57,984 bases of DNA from Candidatus Jorgensenbacteria bacterium RIFCSPLOWO2_01_FULL_45_25b. Lineage in GTDB: Bacteria; Patescibacteriota; Minisyncoccia; UBA6257; GWB1-50-10. The translations under genes were made by a program, and so were the position numbers. Below the pieces are notes generated by a model. That model saw nothing but the letters and a program-made list of their open reading frames with translations, did no database searches and was not told the origin of the DNA. The stretch covers positions 1-57,984 of the forward strand of contig MFKK01000037.1 of the NCBI GenBank assembly GCA_001781035.1, given 5' to 3'. The first letter of the stretch is position 1. Each line of letters starts with the position of its first letter. Below, in pieces: positions 1 to 10,200 of this stretch.

Positions 1-579
1 GGGCGGGACCCGAAGCATTCGGCGATCGCGGTTACGGAGGGGCTCTTGGAGATTTTAGACCGGAGCGAGCTTGAGGGCGTGCTCGCGCATGAGCTTTCGC
101 ACATCGGGAACCGCGATATGCTTGTTTCTACCGCGGCCGTGGTTCTTGTTGGGTTTATTTCCATCCTCTCGGATTTTTTTATGCGTTCCATGTGGTTTCG
201 GGGACGAGGCAGAGAAAGAGATGGCGGGGCAGGGAATATTATGCTTCTTATCGCGATTGCCTTTTCCATTCTTGCTCCGATTTCCGCGATGCTTATTCAG
301 CTTGCGATTTCAAGAAAGCGCGAGTTTTTGGCGGATGCCTCCGGCGCGCTTCTTACGCGTTATCCCGAGGGGCTCGCCTTGGCGCTTCTTAAAATTTCCA
401 AAAGCTCTCTTCCAATGCGATTTTCGGGAAATACCACGGCGCATCTTTGGATTGATGACCCGTTTGACGACCCAAGAGGGGAGAAGTACGCGAGGAAGCC
501 GTGGTTTCATAAAATGTTTATGACTCATCCGCCGGTTCATGAGCGGGTCTCGGCGCTTCGCGGACTTGAGATAGAATAA
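1..579 (+). CDS. htpX: HtpX-like M48 zinc metalloprotease, 5' end outside window
   Basis: Frame-1 ORF is open from base 1. It has the HELSH (HExxH) zinc motif, hydrophobic segments and a C-terminal MTHPPVHERV. Confidence 0.85.
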   Translation, partial: GRDPKHSAIAVTEGLLEILDRSELEGVLAHELSHIGNRDMLVSTAAVVLVGFISILSDFFMRSMWFRGRGRERDGGAGNIMLLIAIAFSILAPISAMLIQLAISRKREFLADASGALLTRYPEGLALALLKISKSSLPMRFSGNTTAHLWIDDPFDDPRGEKYARKPWFHKMFMTHPPVHERVSALRGLEIE

Positions 580-648
580 TTCTTAATTATCAATAACTGA
601 ATTTGCTTGTTGCAAAGCGTTTTTTCAGGTGATACACTTTTAACTATT

Positions 649-1344
649 ATGAATCATAGGTTTGGGAAGGTAGTTGTTATCGCCTTAGGCGGTTCGGTTA
701 TTTTTCCCAATAACATTGATTCCGATTTCTTACGACGCTTTCGCCTGTTTATTAGAGACCAGGTTTCTCGGTATCAGAGAAAGTTTTTGATTGTCGCGGG
801 AGGCGGGAAAATTTGTCGCGCGTATCAGCAGGCTGCCTCCGAGGTGATACAGCTTCCTTCGGAAGATCAGGATTGGCTTGGTATCCATACGACGCGATGC
901 AACGCCCAGCTTTTGCGTTCCGTGTTTCGGGATATCGCGAATCCGGTTGTGATTGACGAGCGATACAAGGTTCGCACGCTTCGGTATCCGGTTACAATCG
1001 CTTCGGGATGGAGGCCGGGAAATTCAACCGATTATATCGCCTTCGCGCTCGCGGAGGATTTTGGCGTTGATGAGGTTGTGGTCGCGGGGAAGCCGAAGTA
1101 TGTGTATACGAAAGACCCACGGAAGTATAAGAGCGCGAAGCCCCTTACGTTGATTTCGTGGAAAGAGTATCGGAAGCTGATTCCCCGCAAGTGGGTGCCT
1201 GGAGCTCACGCGCCCGTTGATTCCGTTGCCGCGCGTTTGGGGCAGGAGGAGGGAATTTCCGCTTTTGTGATTGGCGGAACGGATTTGAAAAATTTTCAGG
1301 ACATGTTGAATGGCAAGGAGTTTCGGGGAACGATGATAGGGTAG
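649..1344 (+). CDS. pyrH: Archaeal-type UMP kinase / amino-acid kinase family protein
   Basis: VVVIALGGSV, IVAGGGKICRAYQ and SGWRPGNSTDY motifs. ATG at 649 chosen inside ORF 607-1344. Confidence 0.65.
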   Translation: MNHRFGKVVVIALGGSVIFPNNIDSDFLRRFRLFIRDQVSRYQRKFLIVAGGGKICRAYQQAASEVIQLPSEDQDWLGIHTTRCNAQLLRSVFRDIANPVVIDERYKVRTLRYPVTIASGWRPGNSTDYIAFALAEDFGVDEVVVAGKPKYVYTKDPRKYKSAKPLTLISWKEYRKLIPRKWVPGAHAPVDSVAARLGQEEGISAFVIGGTDLKNFQDMLNGKEFRGTMIG

Positions 1345-1521
1345 TTTACAATTATCAATTTATAATGGATTTAACAAGCTTACCACAGGATGGATTCGGC
1401 AATCTCACCACAGGTTTTCATTGAATTTTCAATGATTCAATTTTCAAACTTTTGAAATTTTGTTTTTATTGTTCCACTGCGCCCCCACGCCTATGTATAG
1501 GTAAGGGGGCATATTAGTATA

Positions 1522-2106
1522 GTGATAGATGGTGATATGTTTTGTTTTAATGGTCGCGCTGCACTTTTACCACGATCGTGGTATAATTGCAACGTGAGTT
1601 CTGTTGATGATGTTTTAACAATTCTTTTTAGTTATTCTGCTGGTTACAAACGATTGAGACAACTGGCGCGTGGCGGGTCTACTTTTCCTCAAATCGGACG
1701 TTTTTCTTCTTTGGATGAAAAAAAATCCGATTCTTCTCTTCGTTCCACGCTTTGCCGTTTGCGAAAAAATGGGCTTGCAAAAAAACAGGGGGGTGTTTGG
1801 TTTATCACTCCCAAAGGAGCAGATGTGCATAAGAAGCGTCAGGTAGTACGGAAGCGCGCGGAGTTTATGAAATTAAACCGAAAAAAGAAGAAGACGATGA
1901 TTGTCGCGTTTGATGTTCCAGAACACAAGAGAGGTCTTCGCGACTGGTTGCGCGAAGAACTTTTATTTTTAGGATTTGAGCCGATTCAGAAAAGTGTTTG
2001 GTTTGGTCCAGGTCCTTTGTTGGAGAAGTTTGTGCGCGAACTTGATGCGAGAGAGTTGCTTCCTTGTATAAAATTTTTTAGGGCGATGGAGGATGAACTT
2101 GTTTAG
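1522..2106 (+). CDS. PaaX-like regulator with winged-helix N-terminus and Cas2-like ferredoxin-fold C-terminus
   Basis: MIVAFDVPEHKRGLRDWLREELLFLGFEPIQKSVWFGP is the PaaX_C/Cas2-fold pattern. The true start may be GTG 1594, because the first 75 nt overlap a palindromic repeat. Confidence 0.6.
   Translation: MIDGDMFCFNGRAALLPRSWYNCNVSSVDDVLTILFSYSAGYKRLRQLARGGSTFPQIGRFSSLDEKKSDSSLRSTLCRLRKNGLAKKQGGVWFITPKGADVHKKRQVVRKRAEFMKLNRKKKKTMIVAFDVPEHKRGLRDWLREELLFLGFEPIQKSVWFGPGPLLEKFVRELDARELLPCIKFFRAMEDELV
1556..1596. repeat. Degenerate copy of the TTCCACGATCGTGGAA palindromic element (family P1)
   Basis: gcgctgcacttttaccacgatcgtggtataattgcaacgtg; shares the CCACGATCGTGG core with 2146, 42559 and 54801. 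Confidence 0.5.
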
Positions 2107-2145
2107 TTAGAAGAATTTTTTGGAAGTTTGTGGTCTGGGTGATTT

Positions 2146-2198
2146 GCGCTGCATTTCTTCCACGATCGTGGAAGAAATGCAGCGTTTTTTGTTTTTTT
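2146..2198 (+). terminator. Rho-independent terminator formed by a P1 palindrome
   Basis: Perfect palindrome gcgctgcatttcttccacgatcgtggaagaaatgcagcg followed by a T-run, 40 nt after the stop at 2106. Confidence 0.8.
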
Positions 2199-2410
2199 AA
2201 TAACATCGTGAACTCTCCGCCTTTACAAGTGGAGAGGTTCATTTGTCCGATAGTTTCTTTTTTTGATTTTAGGAGTGAATTTGGGTAGAGTGTATGTATA
2301 TTTCGTTGGTTGCCTTTACCCCCCTTGGGTTATGGCGTACCAAGGGTAGTCTTCGCCGAGGCTACGGTTATCAATGTCCGTCGTTGCTTTATGTAGGCTT
2401 TGGCGAGACA

Positions 2411-2495
2411 GGAAGGGTGCCGGAGCGGTCTAACGGAACGGCTTGGAAAGCCGTGGCTCGAAAGGGCCTCGTGGGTTCGAATCCCACCCCTTCCG
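2411..2495 (+). tRNA. tRNA-Ser (anticodon GGA)
   Basis: Manual cloverleaf: acceptor GGAAGGG/CCCTTCC, 3-bp D stem, anticodon loop TTGGAAA, long variable arm GGCTCGAAAGGGCCTC, T arm GTGGG-TTCGAAT-CCCAC. Confidence 0.9.
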
Positions 2496-4130
2496 CAGAT
2501 TGGACACAAGTCGCTCATCAAGAGCGGCTTTGTTCTTATTTGATGCGCTAAAAACGAATTGAGGATAGGTTCTAATCTGGGCAATTTCGCTTTCAACCTT
2601 CGGCAGCTTTTCAAAGATGGTTTTGAACACGGGACGCAGTGTTATAGCGACTTTCTGGTCTTGTATGACGAGGTGCGAACCTAAACAGGCAAAGATGGCT
2701 CGCTTGGTCTCCATATCGCCGCGGGCGAACCACGTGCGAGCGTATCGCGCGAAGTTGAACGTGCGCTCGCTCAATTCGAGCCATTCCTCGATTTCCCTGT
2801 TCTGCGTGCTGATGCTGCCCTCCAGCGCCGCTTTCTGCTTCAACAGGCGCGTGCGGAGGTCTTGATACTGCTGGTCGGAGATGAGTTGCCCTTCCATATT
2901 CTCTGGCGAAGAATACTTGAGCAGAAGATTATCGAGCTGCTGCGTAATGCGGAGATGCTCGCGCTCGCTGTTTTTCAAAACGGCTTCGTGCGTTTGCGCC
3001 TGTGTCTGACGGATTTCGTGCAAGTATCGGATAGCCCATTCCTTGAACTTCTCGGAGATGGTAAGTTTGTTGATTTCAGCATCAATCTGTGCGCTCAACT
3101 CCTTTAACTCAACCGCCTTCTCCTGGCAGTTCTCATCTTTCTGCTTCGTGCAGCGATAGTAAATGTAGTGGTGGATGTTGCCGTTCTTCTGGTGCTTCAC
3201 CTTCTCCTCGGCGGTAATCATCGCGCCGCAGTTGCCGCACTTCATAATCCCCGTGAAAGCAAAGCGGTGTTTTTGCGGTCGCGGTCTGCCGTTGCGTCCG
3301 AGCAGCTTTTGCACGATGTCATATTCTTTCTCCGTAATCATTGGCTCGTGCTTTCCCTGGTACCAGTTGCCGCTGCCCGCGGGGTATTCAAACATCCCGT
3401 AATAGAACGGGTTGGTAAAGATTCGATATATTGAACTGCGGCACAAAGATTTGCCGATGAAGCGTTTTGTTTTTCGGGTTTTGAACTTCCATTCCTCCCT
3501 TGCGATTCTGACAATTTTAGGCGGCGTGTAGTTGCCTGTAAGCATCAAGTCCCACATACGGCGCACCGAACCGAAACGCTCCTCATCTTTTACGATATAG
3601 TTTCTGCCCTTCTCCTCGTCTTGTTTTGTATTCAAATACCCAAGCGGCGCGCGTGAAGGATACCAGCCCATCTTGAGCTTGGTTTTCAACCCGCGCTTCA
3701 CGTTCTTGCTCAAATCAAGCACGTACTGGTTCGCCACGCCGAACTCAACAGATGTAATGAGTACGTTGTCGTCTGGGTAGTAATCTTTGTCGCTCGTCTT
3801 GATGTGCCTCAACACTTCCTTTTGAAGCAGCCACTTTATCGTTCCTTCGTCCACGGGATTGCGGGCAAGGCGGTCGAGCTTCCAACAAAGAATACCCTGC
3901 GCTTCTCCCTTCTGGATGCGGGCAATCATATCATTAAAAATCTCCCTGCCTGGAGCTTTTGCGGATTTTGATTCTATGAATGGTTGCTTAATTACTTTCA
4001 AACCAGAACGCTCCGCAATTTCCTTGAGTGTCTCAAGTTGCGACTCAATACTCAAAACTTGCCTGTCGTCATCCTCGGTGGACTTGCGGCAATAGACAAA
4101 GTATTTGATTTTTGGATTATCGTTTATCAT
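2430..4130 (-). CDS. Large serine recombinase (integrase)
   Basis: N-terminal resolvase motif YCRKSTEDDDRQ, a recombinase domain, a Cys-rich zinc ribbon (CGNCG...CTKQKDENC) and a long coiled-coil tail. The 3' end overlaps tRNA-Ser antisense. Confidence 0.9.
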   Translation of the reverse strand: MINDNPKIKYFVYCRKSTEDDDRQVLSIESQLETLKEIAERSGLKVIKQPFIESKSAKAPGREIFNDMIARIQKGEAQGILCWKLDRLARNPVDEGTIKWLLQKEVLRHIKTSDKDYYPDDNVLITSVEFGVANQYVLDLSKNVKRGLKTKLKMGWYPSRAPLGYLNTKQDEEKGRNYIVKDEERFGSVRRMWDLMLTGNYTPPKIVRIAREEWKFKTRKTKRFIGKSLCRSSIYRIFTNPFYYGMFEYPAGSGNWYQGKHEPMITEKEYDIVQKLLGRNGRPRPQKHRFAFTGIMKCGNCGAMITAEEKVKHQKNGNIHHYIYYRCTKQKDENCQEKAVELKELSAQIDAEINKLTISEKFKEWAIRYLHEIRQTQAQTHEAVLKNSEREHLRITQQLDNLLLKYSSPENMEGQLISDQQYQDLRTRLLKQKAALEGSISTQNREIEEWLELSERTFNFARYARTWFARGDMETKRAIFACLGSHLVIQDQKVAITLRPVFKTIFEKLPKVESEIAQIRTYPQFVFSASNKNKAALDERLVSNLRKGWDSNPRGPFEPRLSKPFR

Positions 4131-4968
4131 TGTTTTTATGATTACCAGGATTCTTTCTGCGAAAGATTACGTGTATCTCGTTCTCGTCTCCTGGCTTTGT
4201 CTGTTTATCCTGCGACGGTTCTGGTTGAGAGGGCGCTTTCGGTTTGAATACCACCTGGAGGCTGCCGTCCTTCGGTCTCTCGAAATATCCCTCCTCCTGC
4301 TTCGCCTCTTCTAACAGCTTCTCCAGCTCCTGCTCCTCTTGTTGATTTTGAGATAAGGTTAACTCCTCTTCTTCGAGCGCTTCCTTTTTATTGTTTAGTA
4401 TTTTTTCTTTTTCCTCTGGCGTAAAGATGCTGCTGCTGCCATAGAAAGGGTCATTGCTTCGCGGGTCTGTCTCCAGTTCCCGTTTTCTCTTTGCGTATTT
4501 TTTCCATTCTTCGCTATCTTCCTTTGGCGAGCGTAACGCCGCAATCTCTTCTTCCTGCTCGCCTAATCTGTGGAATAAAATTGCAAATGCCAACCCTCCG
4601 AAAAACAATATCCCCCCAAGCGACTCGGACAATTCAAAACTCATCAAGCCAAGCACTATTGGTGAAATACAAATTGCGGCGGAGATTTTTGAAAGCGTTT
4701 TGTAGGTCATAATCATAGTTGCTCGCGGCAATCCCCACAAATCAAAAAGGGACAGCCAGAGCCTGCGACCCACAAGATTGAATGCACGAAGGCACCAATT
4801 GTGGAGGATAGCTGCCCCTTTCAGCCCGCAATTGGAGCCGTAAAAGGCAATTACCCACGTGCTGATATTCAAACTTGTAGGTCGCAAGTTCATTATACCA
4901 ACCCTGTCAAAAGCTGCAAGGGGGTAATCCATACCTGTGAATTGCAGCAATAATGTGAGAGTGTTCAT
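4117..4968 (-). CDS. Hypothetical membrane protein with acidic coiled-coil tail
   Basis: ATG at 4968 lies 3 nt after the upstream stop. The 3' end overlaps the recombinase start by 14 nt. It has TM segments and an E/K-rich tail. Confidence 0.6.
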   Translation of the reverse strand: MNTLTLLLQFTGMDYPLAAFDRVGIMNLRPTSLNISTWVIAFYGSNCGLKGAAILHNWCLRAFNLVGRRLWLSLFDLWGLPRATMIMTYKTLSKISAAICISPIVLGLMSFELSESLGGILFFGGLAFAILFHRLGEQEEEIAALRSPKEDSEEWKKYAKRKRELETDPRSNDPFYGSSSIFTPEEKEKILNNKKEALEEEELTLSQNQQEEQELEKLLEEAKQEEGYFERPKDGSLQVVFKPKAPSQPEPSQDKQTKPGDENEIHVIFRRKNPGNHKNNDKR

Positions 4969-4970
4969 AG

Positions 4971-5783
4971 TTACCACGTCATTGGTTTCTTCTCTTTGAT
5001 TCTCCCTTCCCGCGCCCATTGTTTTAGCAGTCCTCGTAACGCACTGAATGATGGGCTTGCGTCTCCATTGCGTTGTAGTTCCGAATAAGCTGCGAGCGCA
5101 TCTGATTCCTCGTAATAGCCTCGCAACATAATCAGCGTGCCTTTTGAGATTTCCCCCTTAATAGGTTCCGTATTCTTTGCCGTTTTTATATTTTCCGCCC
5201 TGATTTCTTTATCTGATTCCATTAGATGATTTCGTGTCTCATCCGTGCCACTGTTATAAGGTGGATTTTGAGACTGTTGACCCTGTTTTAGTGATACTGT
5301 TTTCGGCTTCCTTATCCCCTGTATAACAGTCTCAAAAGGAAGACTGTTAAGACTTGTCCAATGAGATGTCTCAAGCAGGGCATAGACGTTCGGCACGCGC
5401 CCCTTTGAGCGGCGGATGATTGCAATAATGCTGTACGCTTCCAGTATCCTGAATGCTCTAAATACAGTGCTCCTATTCGTTATTCCGCCCAGCTTCATAA
5501 CCGTTGCCGCGGCAGGAAAGCATATCTGCTTTTCGTGGTGCGCGTACTTTGCGAGAATGCAATACACTGTGGTTGTGCTGTCTGGGAATGCTGCGGCGTA
5601 CCCTTTCTCAAAGTATTCGTTATCCAAGTAAAGGCGCGTCTGTTTGACAGGCGGTCTTACGGGCAAGCCATCGAACGAATCCAGCTTTGGCTGCCATTTC
5701 TTTTTATTCAGAATGTTGCCTATGTTTTCCATTGTCATCGTCATTAAGCCACGATTTCTTAATCGGCTTATAGATTGCATCAA
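4971..5783 (-). CDS. Winged-helix DNA-binding protein (possible replication/regulatory protein of the island)
   Basis: ICFPAAATVMKLGGITNRSTVFRAFRILEAYSIIAI is wHTH-like. The start may be 5744-5732 (MTMTMENI). Confidence 0.55.
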   Translation of the reverse strand: MMQSISRLRNRGLMTMTMENIGNILNKKKWQPKLDSFDGLPVRPPVKQTRLYLDNEYFEKGYAAAFPDSTTTVYCILAKYAHHEKQICFPAAATVMKLGGITNRSTVFRAFRILEAYSIIAIIRRSKGRVPNVYALLETSHWTSLNSLPFETVIQGIRKPKTVSLKQGQQSQNPPYNSGTDETRNHLMESDKEIRAENIKTAKNTEPIKGEISKGTLIMLRGYYEESDALAAYSELQRNGDASPSFSALRGLLKQWAREGRIKEKKPMTW

Positions 5784-5895
5784 AGAGCGTCAAAAGCTGT
5801 GTTGCTTCTTCCATTGCCTGCTCATCGGAGATTTCGGTACCCTTCTCCTCTTTCCAAATTGCTTTGAACTCTTGTAATGCTTTATCGGAAGTCAT
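5704..5895 (-). CDS. Small acidic hypothetical protein
   Basis: 63-aa ORF in an operon context. Its start overlaps the upstream stop (5892-5895). Confidence 0.4.
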   Translation of the reverse strand: MTSDKALQEFKAIWKEEKGTEISDEQAMEEATQLLTLFDAIYKPIKKSWLNDDDNGKHRQHSE

Positions 5896-6155
5896 CGCTC
5901 GTATATCCGCGCCTTTAATGTTTTGAGTTGGTTGAAGAACGCTTGCGGCTCAACCCGTAAATCTCCTCGCCAGTACGCATTCACTCCTTCTTGCAGTCCA
6001 GCGGAGTTTTGAAAGATGAAGACCGACCGTGTGGGGCTTACTCGCTCCATTTCTTCAACGACAAAGCCAGAAACGCAAAGAGCCGCAGTCAACGAAAGGT
6101 CTGCGGTTCGAAAATCTTTGTTGTTCTGGTTCATCGTCATAGTTTGGGTAGCCAA
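5892..6155 (-). CDS. DUF5659-like small protein
   Basis: The pattern TADLSLTAALCVSGF...FIFQNS...FFNQLKTLKARI matches my memory of DUF5659, which is common in CPR and phage elements. Confidence 0.6.
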   Translation of the reverse strand: MATQTMTMNQNNKDFRTADLSLTAALCVSGFVVEEMERVSPTRSVFIFQNSAGLQEGVNAYWRGDLRVEPQAFFNQLKTLKARIYER

Positions 6156-6216
6156 AATAAAAACAAGCTACGTTTTCAGCGTAGCTGTTACAAAAAGAGC
6201 TGTCGTTTCTATCCTG

Positions 6217-6933
6217 TTAGTTCAGTGTCTTTCTTGCTCCTGCATTCCGTTTCTTGTCCTTGCTTTCTGTTTTTGGCAAGGCATTGAGTTGCTGACGCAG
6301 TTTTACTTCATCCACTTGAAGCTCTTTCAAATCGGCATCAGTAAGACTATTTCTGAACTCGACCGCTTTAATTGATGCGTTTGGGAAGAATGCTCTTTTG
6401 AGTTCTCCCTTAAAGCCCAAGTCGGCGATAATCTGCGCAAACTTTTTGGCTATATCCAATTTCGCAGCCCGCAATGCCTCCCTGGTTATTGTTGTATTCG
6501 GGTGTTCAATTGCAAACAAGATGAAGTCGTGATTTTCAGAAGCAAAGTTTGGCTTGCCGACAATGTACTTATCATTCACGATAACCTCTCGCGTTTTGGT
6601 AAGACACACAAGGTATTTCGGCTTCGCAGACTCCAAAAACCTTTCCAGCCTTTGCCTATCAATCGAGTAAGTCCAAACTGCCCGCGGGTGCGTCCGTGTA
6701 GCGTAAAGCAATCGTGAACGCGTAGATTGCGGCTTTTCCTCTTCGTACTGGAGTTTCTTGCGCTGAATCACTCCGCTTTTGCCCAACTCTGTAACAGCCC
6801 AAAGCAAGCCCTGTTCTGATAGGTCTGGTTTGAGTAAAGAGTCCCAATAGAACTCCACATCACCGTCCGCCGCATTCTTGTATTGGAGCGCATTTGTAAT
6901 AAGTTGAATAACCGCTCGAAGTTCTTTTGTCAT
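6217..6933 (-). CDS. Hypothetical protein
   Basis: ORF 6217-7104 trimmed to ATG 6933. The longer form overlaps the convergent-looking HTH gene and leaves no promoter space. Confidence 0.5.
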   Translation of the reverse strand: MTKELRAVIQLITNALQYKNAADGDVEFYWDSLLKPDLSEQGLLWAVTELGKSGVIQRKKLQYEEEKPQSTRSRLLYATRTHPRAVWTYSIDRQRLERFLESAKPKYLVCLTKTREVIVNDKYIVGKPNFASENHDFILFAIEHPNTTITREALRAAKLDIAKKFAQIIADLGFKGELKRAFFPNASIKAVEFRNSLTDADLKELQVDEVKLRQQLNALPKTESKDKKRNAGARKTLN

Positions 6934-7026
6934 ATCATTGTCATTTGAGTCGGCCACTGCCCTGTCAAAAGTTGCCCGATTCTTAATTGAAGTGTAGAAT
7001 AAAGTTATTAGTGAGTCAAAACTTTT

Positions 7027-7209
7027 ATGATAAAGACTTACACACTGCAAGACCTGGAAAAGATACTCGGCGTCAAGGAGCGGACGCTCTTTCGGTATAT
7101 TCAAAAGGGCTGGCTCAAAGGGTCAAAGCGCGGCAAATGGCGCTTTACCGACCAGGACATAAGGGACTTCCTCAAACACGGAAGAGATGACAGTCTAAAA
7201 GCGAAGTGA
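7027..7209 (+). CDS. Excisionase/MerR-type helix-turn-helix protein
   Basis: YTLQDLEKILGVKERTLFRYIQKGWLKGSKRGKWRFTDQDIRDFL is the typical Xis-family HTH pattern. Confidence 0.7.
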   Translation: MIKTYTLQDLEKILGVKERTLFRYIQKGWLKGSKRGKWRFTDQDIRDFLKHGRDDSLKAK

Positions 7210-7230
7210 GTAGCCTCAAACAAAAGAACT

Positions 7231-10200
7231 ATGCCAAAACTTCACGGAGTATTTATCGGAATAGACCGCTATGCTTCACCAGCGATAAACTGGCTTTCTT
7301 GTGCGAGAAGAGACGCGACTGCGCTCCACGCTCTTTTCGCTGACAACCTGCCAGGCGATTTGAAGCTACTGACTGATAAAGACGCCACTCGTTCAACTCT
7401 TGAGAAAGAACTAAAAAGTCTTTCGCAATGCGCTCCCGATGACATCGTGGTTTTTGCTTTTTCTGGACACGGCACAGAGACTCACGAGCTGGTAACGTAT
7501 GATACTGATAGGGCAAAGCTCTCGGCAACAACTATTTCCCTGAACCAATTAGGAGAACATTTTTCCAAGATACCTGCGCGTCGGCTTATCTGTATTCTTG
7601 ACTGCTGTTTCTCTGGCGGGATGGGAGCGAAAGCATTGCAGGTGGACGTTGTGCCCCGTGATATACCTTCGGGCGAAGAGTTGTTGAAACAATTATCTGG
7701 AGACGGAAGAGTAATCTTGACTGCATCGCTTGCGACAGAAAAGGCGTGGGAACACCAGAAACTCGGACACGGATTACTTACCCACTACCTGTTAGAAGCA
7801 TTGCAGGGGGCGGAAGAAGTACGCAAGAGCGGCAAGGTTGGTCTCTACAAGCTACTTGATTATGTAACAACCAAAGTAATAGATTCAGCTAAAATCTTCG
7901 GAGAAGAACAACACCCAGTATTACTTGGACAAATCAAGGAAGAAATAACGCTTCCGATTTTCAAACCAGGAAAACTTTATAAGGAAGCATTCCCCGAAAG
8001 AGATACAAGAAAAGTTACCCCCGACGTTCAATCGCTGTCTGCGTTTGGCTTCCCCGACGACCTTCTCAAAGCCTGGGCAGGCTCCTCAATAACCACACTG
8101 AATCAATTACAGGTGGACGCCATCAATGAGTTTAAGGTGCTCGATGGAGAGCACCTTGTTGTCTCTGCGCCCACCTCCGCTGGTAAAACTCTCATCGGTG
8201 AATTGGCTGCTTTGCAGGGCGTCATAGAAAGAAAACGTGCGCTCTTTTTATTGCCACTAAAGGCACTGGTAAATGATAAGTTGAGACATTTTGAGGAAAC
8301 ATATGGAGCGTTTGGATTACGGACTATACGAGCAACTGGAGAGAGCACCAGCGATGACATTTTGCCCTTGATGCGCGGGCAATACGATATTTGTTTGATG
8401 ACATATGAAAAGTTTTCAGCAATGATACTCGGCAGTCCCCACATACTCGACCAGGTAAGCACGATAGTGGTTGACGAGGTACAGATGATTGCCGACAAGT
8501 CTCGTGGCGTCAATTTGGAGTTCATTCTCACTCTTCTACGAATGCGACGGAAGCAAGGCATTGAGCCACAAGTAATCGCGTTATCTGCTGTGATTGGGGA
8601 TACGAATGGTTTTGAGAGGTGGTTGGGCGCGAGATTGCTACGACGCACCGAGCGCCCCGTACCATTAGACGAAGGTATTGTCAGATTGGATGGTACTTTC
8701 CGCTATATCGAATCTGATACGGGTAAAGAAAAGACCGTGCAGTCAGCACAAACACAATTCAGGAAAGGTAGCGGACAAGATGTCATCATTCCGCTTGTAG
8801 GAAAATTGGTCAAAGACGGCAAAAGCGTCATCGTGTTCAGGGAAACCAAGTCAGAAGCACAAGCGTGCGCACTTTACTTGGCTCGAAATCTGGGCTTACC
8901 GCCTGCTCAAGTCGCAGTGGATAATCTTCCGAACACAGACCCGTCTATTTCTTCACAAAAGCTACGAGAAACATTGAATGGTGGCGTAGCATTTCACATT
9001 TCTGACTTGGATGCAGAAGAGAGAAGACTGATAGAAGAGCAGTTTCGCGCCTCATCCTCCGCACTAAAAGTTATTGCTGCAACGACAACGCTGGCGATGG
9101 GAGTGAACACACCCACAGAGGCAGTTATTATCGCGGGATTATCCCATCCTGGAGACGTGCCATATTCTGTTGCGGAATATAAGAACATTGCGGGAAGAGC
9201 TGGGCGACTCGGTTATACAACACGTGGTTCCTCATTCCTTGTCGCTCTCACTCCGAGTGAGGAACATACGCTTTGGACGAACTACATACAAGCGAATCCA
9301 GAAGATTTACATTCAAAGTTCTTTGCTGACAATACCGACCCTCGTTCGCTGGTAATAAGAGTGCTGGTAGCCGTTCGTTCAAGGCGAGGGCTTACCGCTG
9401 ATGAGATTGTGGAGTTTTTGGAAGAGAGCTTCGGTTCTTTCCAGGAAAAGATAAAGAATCCTGCTTGGGCCTGGGATAAAAACCAAATCACGGCAGCAAT
9501 TGAAGAACTGCGTACTCATCGGCTCATCGAACAAGATAAAGATGGTTTCTACCATCCAACTCCACTTGGAAGACTGGCTGGTGAATCTGGTTTGGAAGTA
9601 GAATCAGTATTGCGAGTCGTCAGTGCACTACAAGGAATCCAGCAGGCTGATATTAGCGACCCAGCACTTATCGCTCTGACCCAAGTTACTGTTGAACTTG
9701 ACCAGGTTTTATTCCCGCTCAACAAAAGAAGTACACAGAAGGAGCCTCAAACTTGGATGACAGAAGTTAGGAATCAAAGAATACCTGGGAACATCATCAA
9801 CGCATTCCATCGTTCTATCCAAGACCAAACTGATGCGACACGACGGGCTAAAAAGGCAGTGGCCTGTCTCTTGTGGATTACAGATAAACCACTGGTAGAA
9901 ATCGAAAATGTGTTGATGCAGTTTGACCGTGCAGACACTGCTGCTGGCGCCATAAGAAGCGTGAGTGCCAGAGTTTGTGATGTTTTATCCACAGTTGCCA
10001 GAATCGCTGAACTACTCAATCCAGGATTTGATTTGGCTGCTCGTGTCGAGCGATTGTTGGTGCGACTTGAAATCGGCATCCCAGCAGGGGTAGTAGAACT
10101 GGGCAGTATCTTCGGTAGGGTTTTCAATCGCGGTGATTATCTCTGTTTAATGAAAAACGGAATCACAACTAAAGAGGCATTTGAAGCCGCAAAAGAGGAT

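Noticed and set aside
1522-2106. Possible Cas2 gene, with the nearby palindromes and CTAGAAG arrays as possible CRISPR repeats.
   Set aside because: The ferredoxin-like motif is preceded by a winged-helix domain, as in PaaX-type regulators. The repeats are 7-bp tandem units or isolated palindromes, not 25-40-bp repeats separated by unique spacers. No other cas genes are present.
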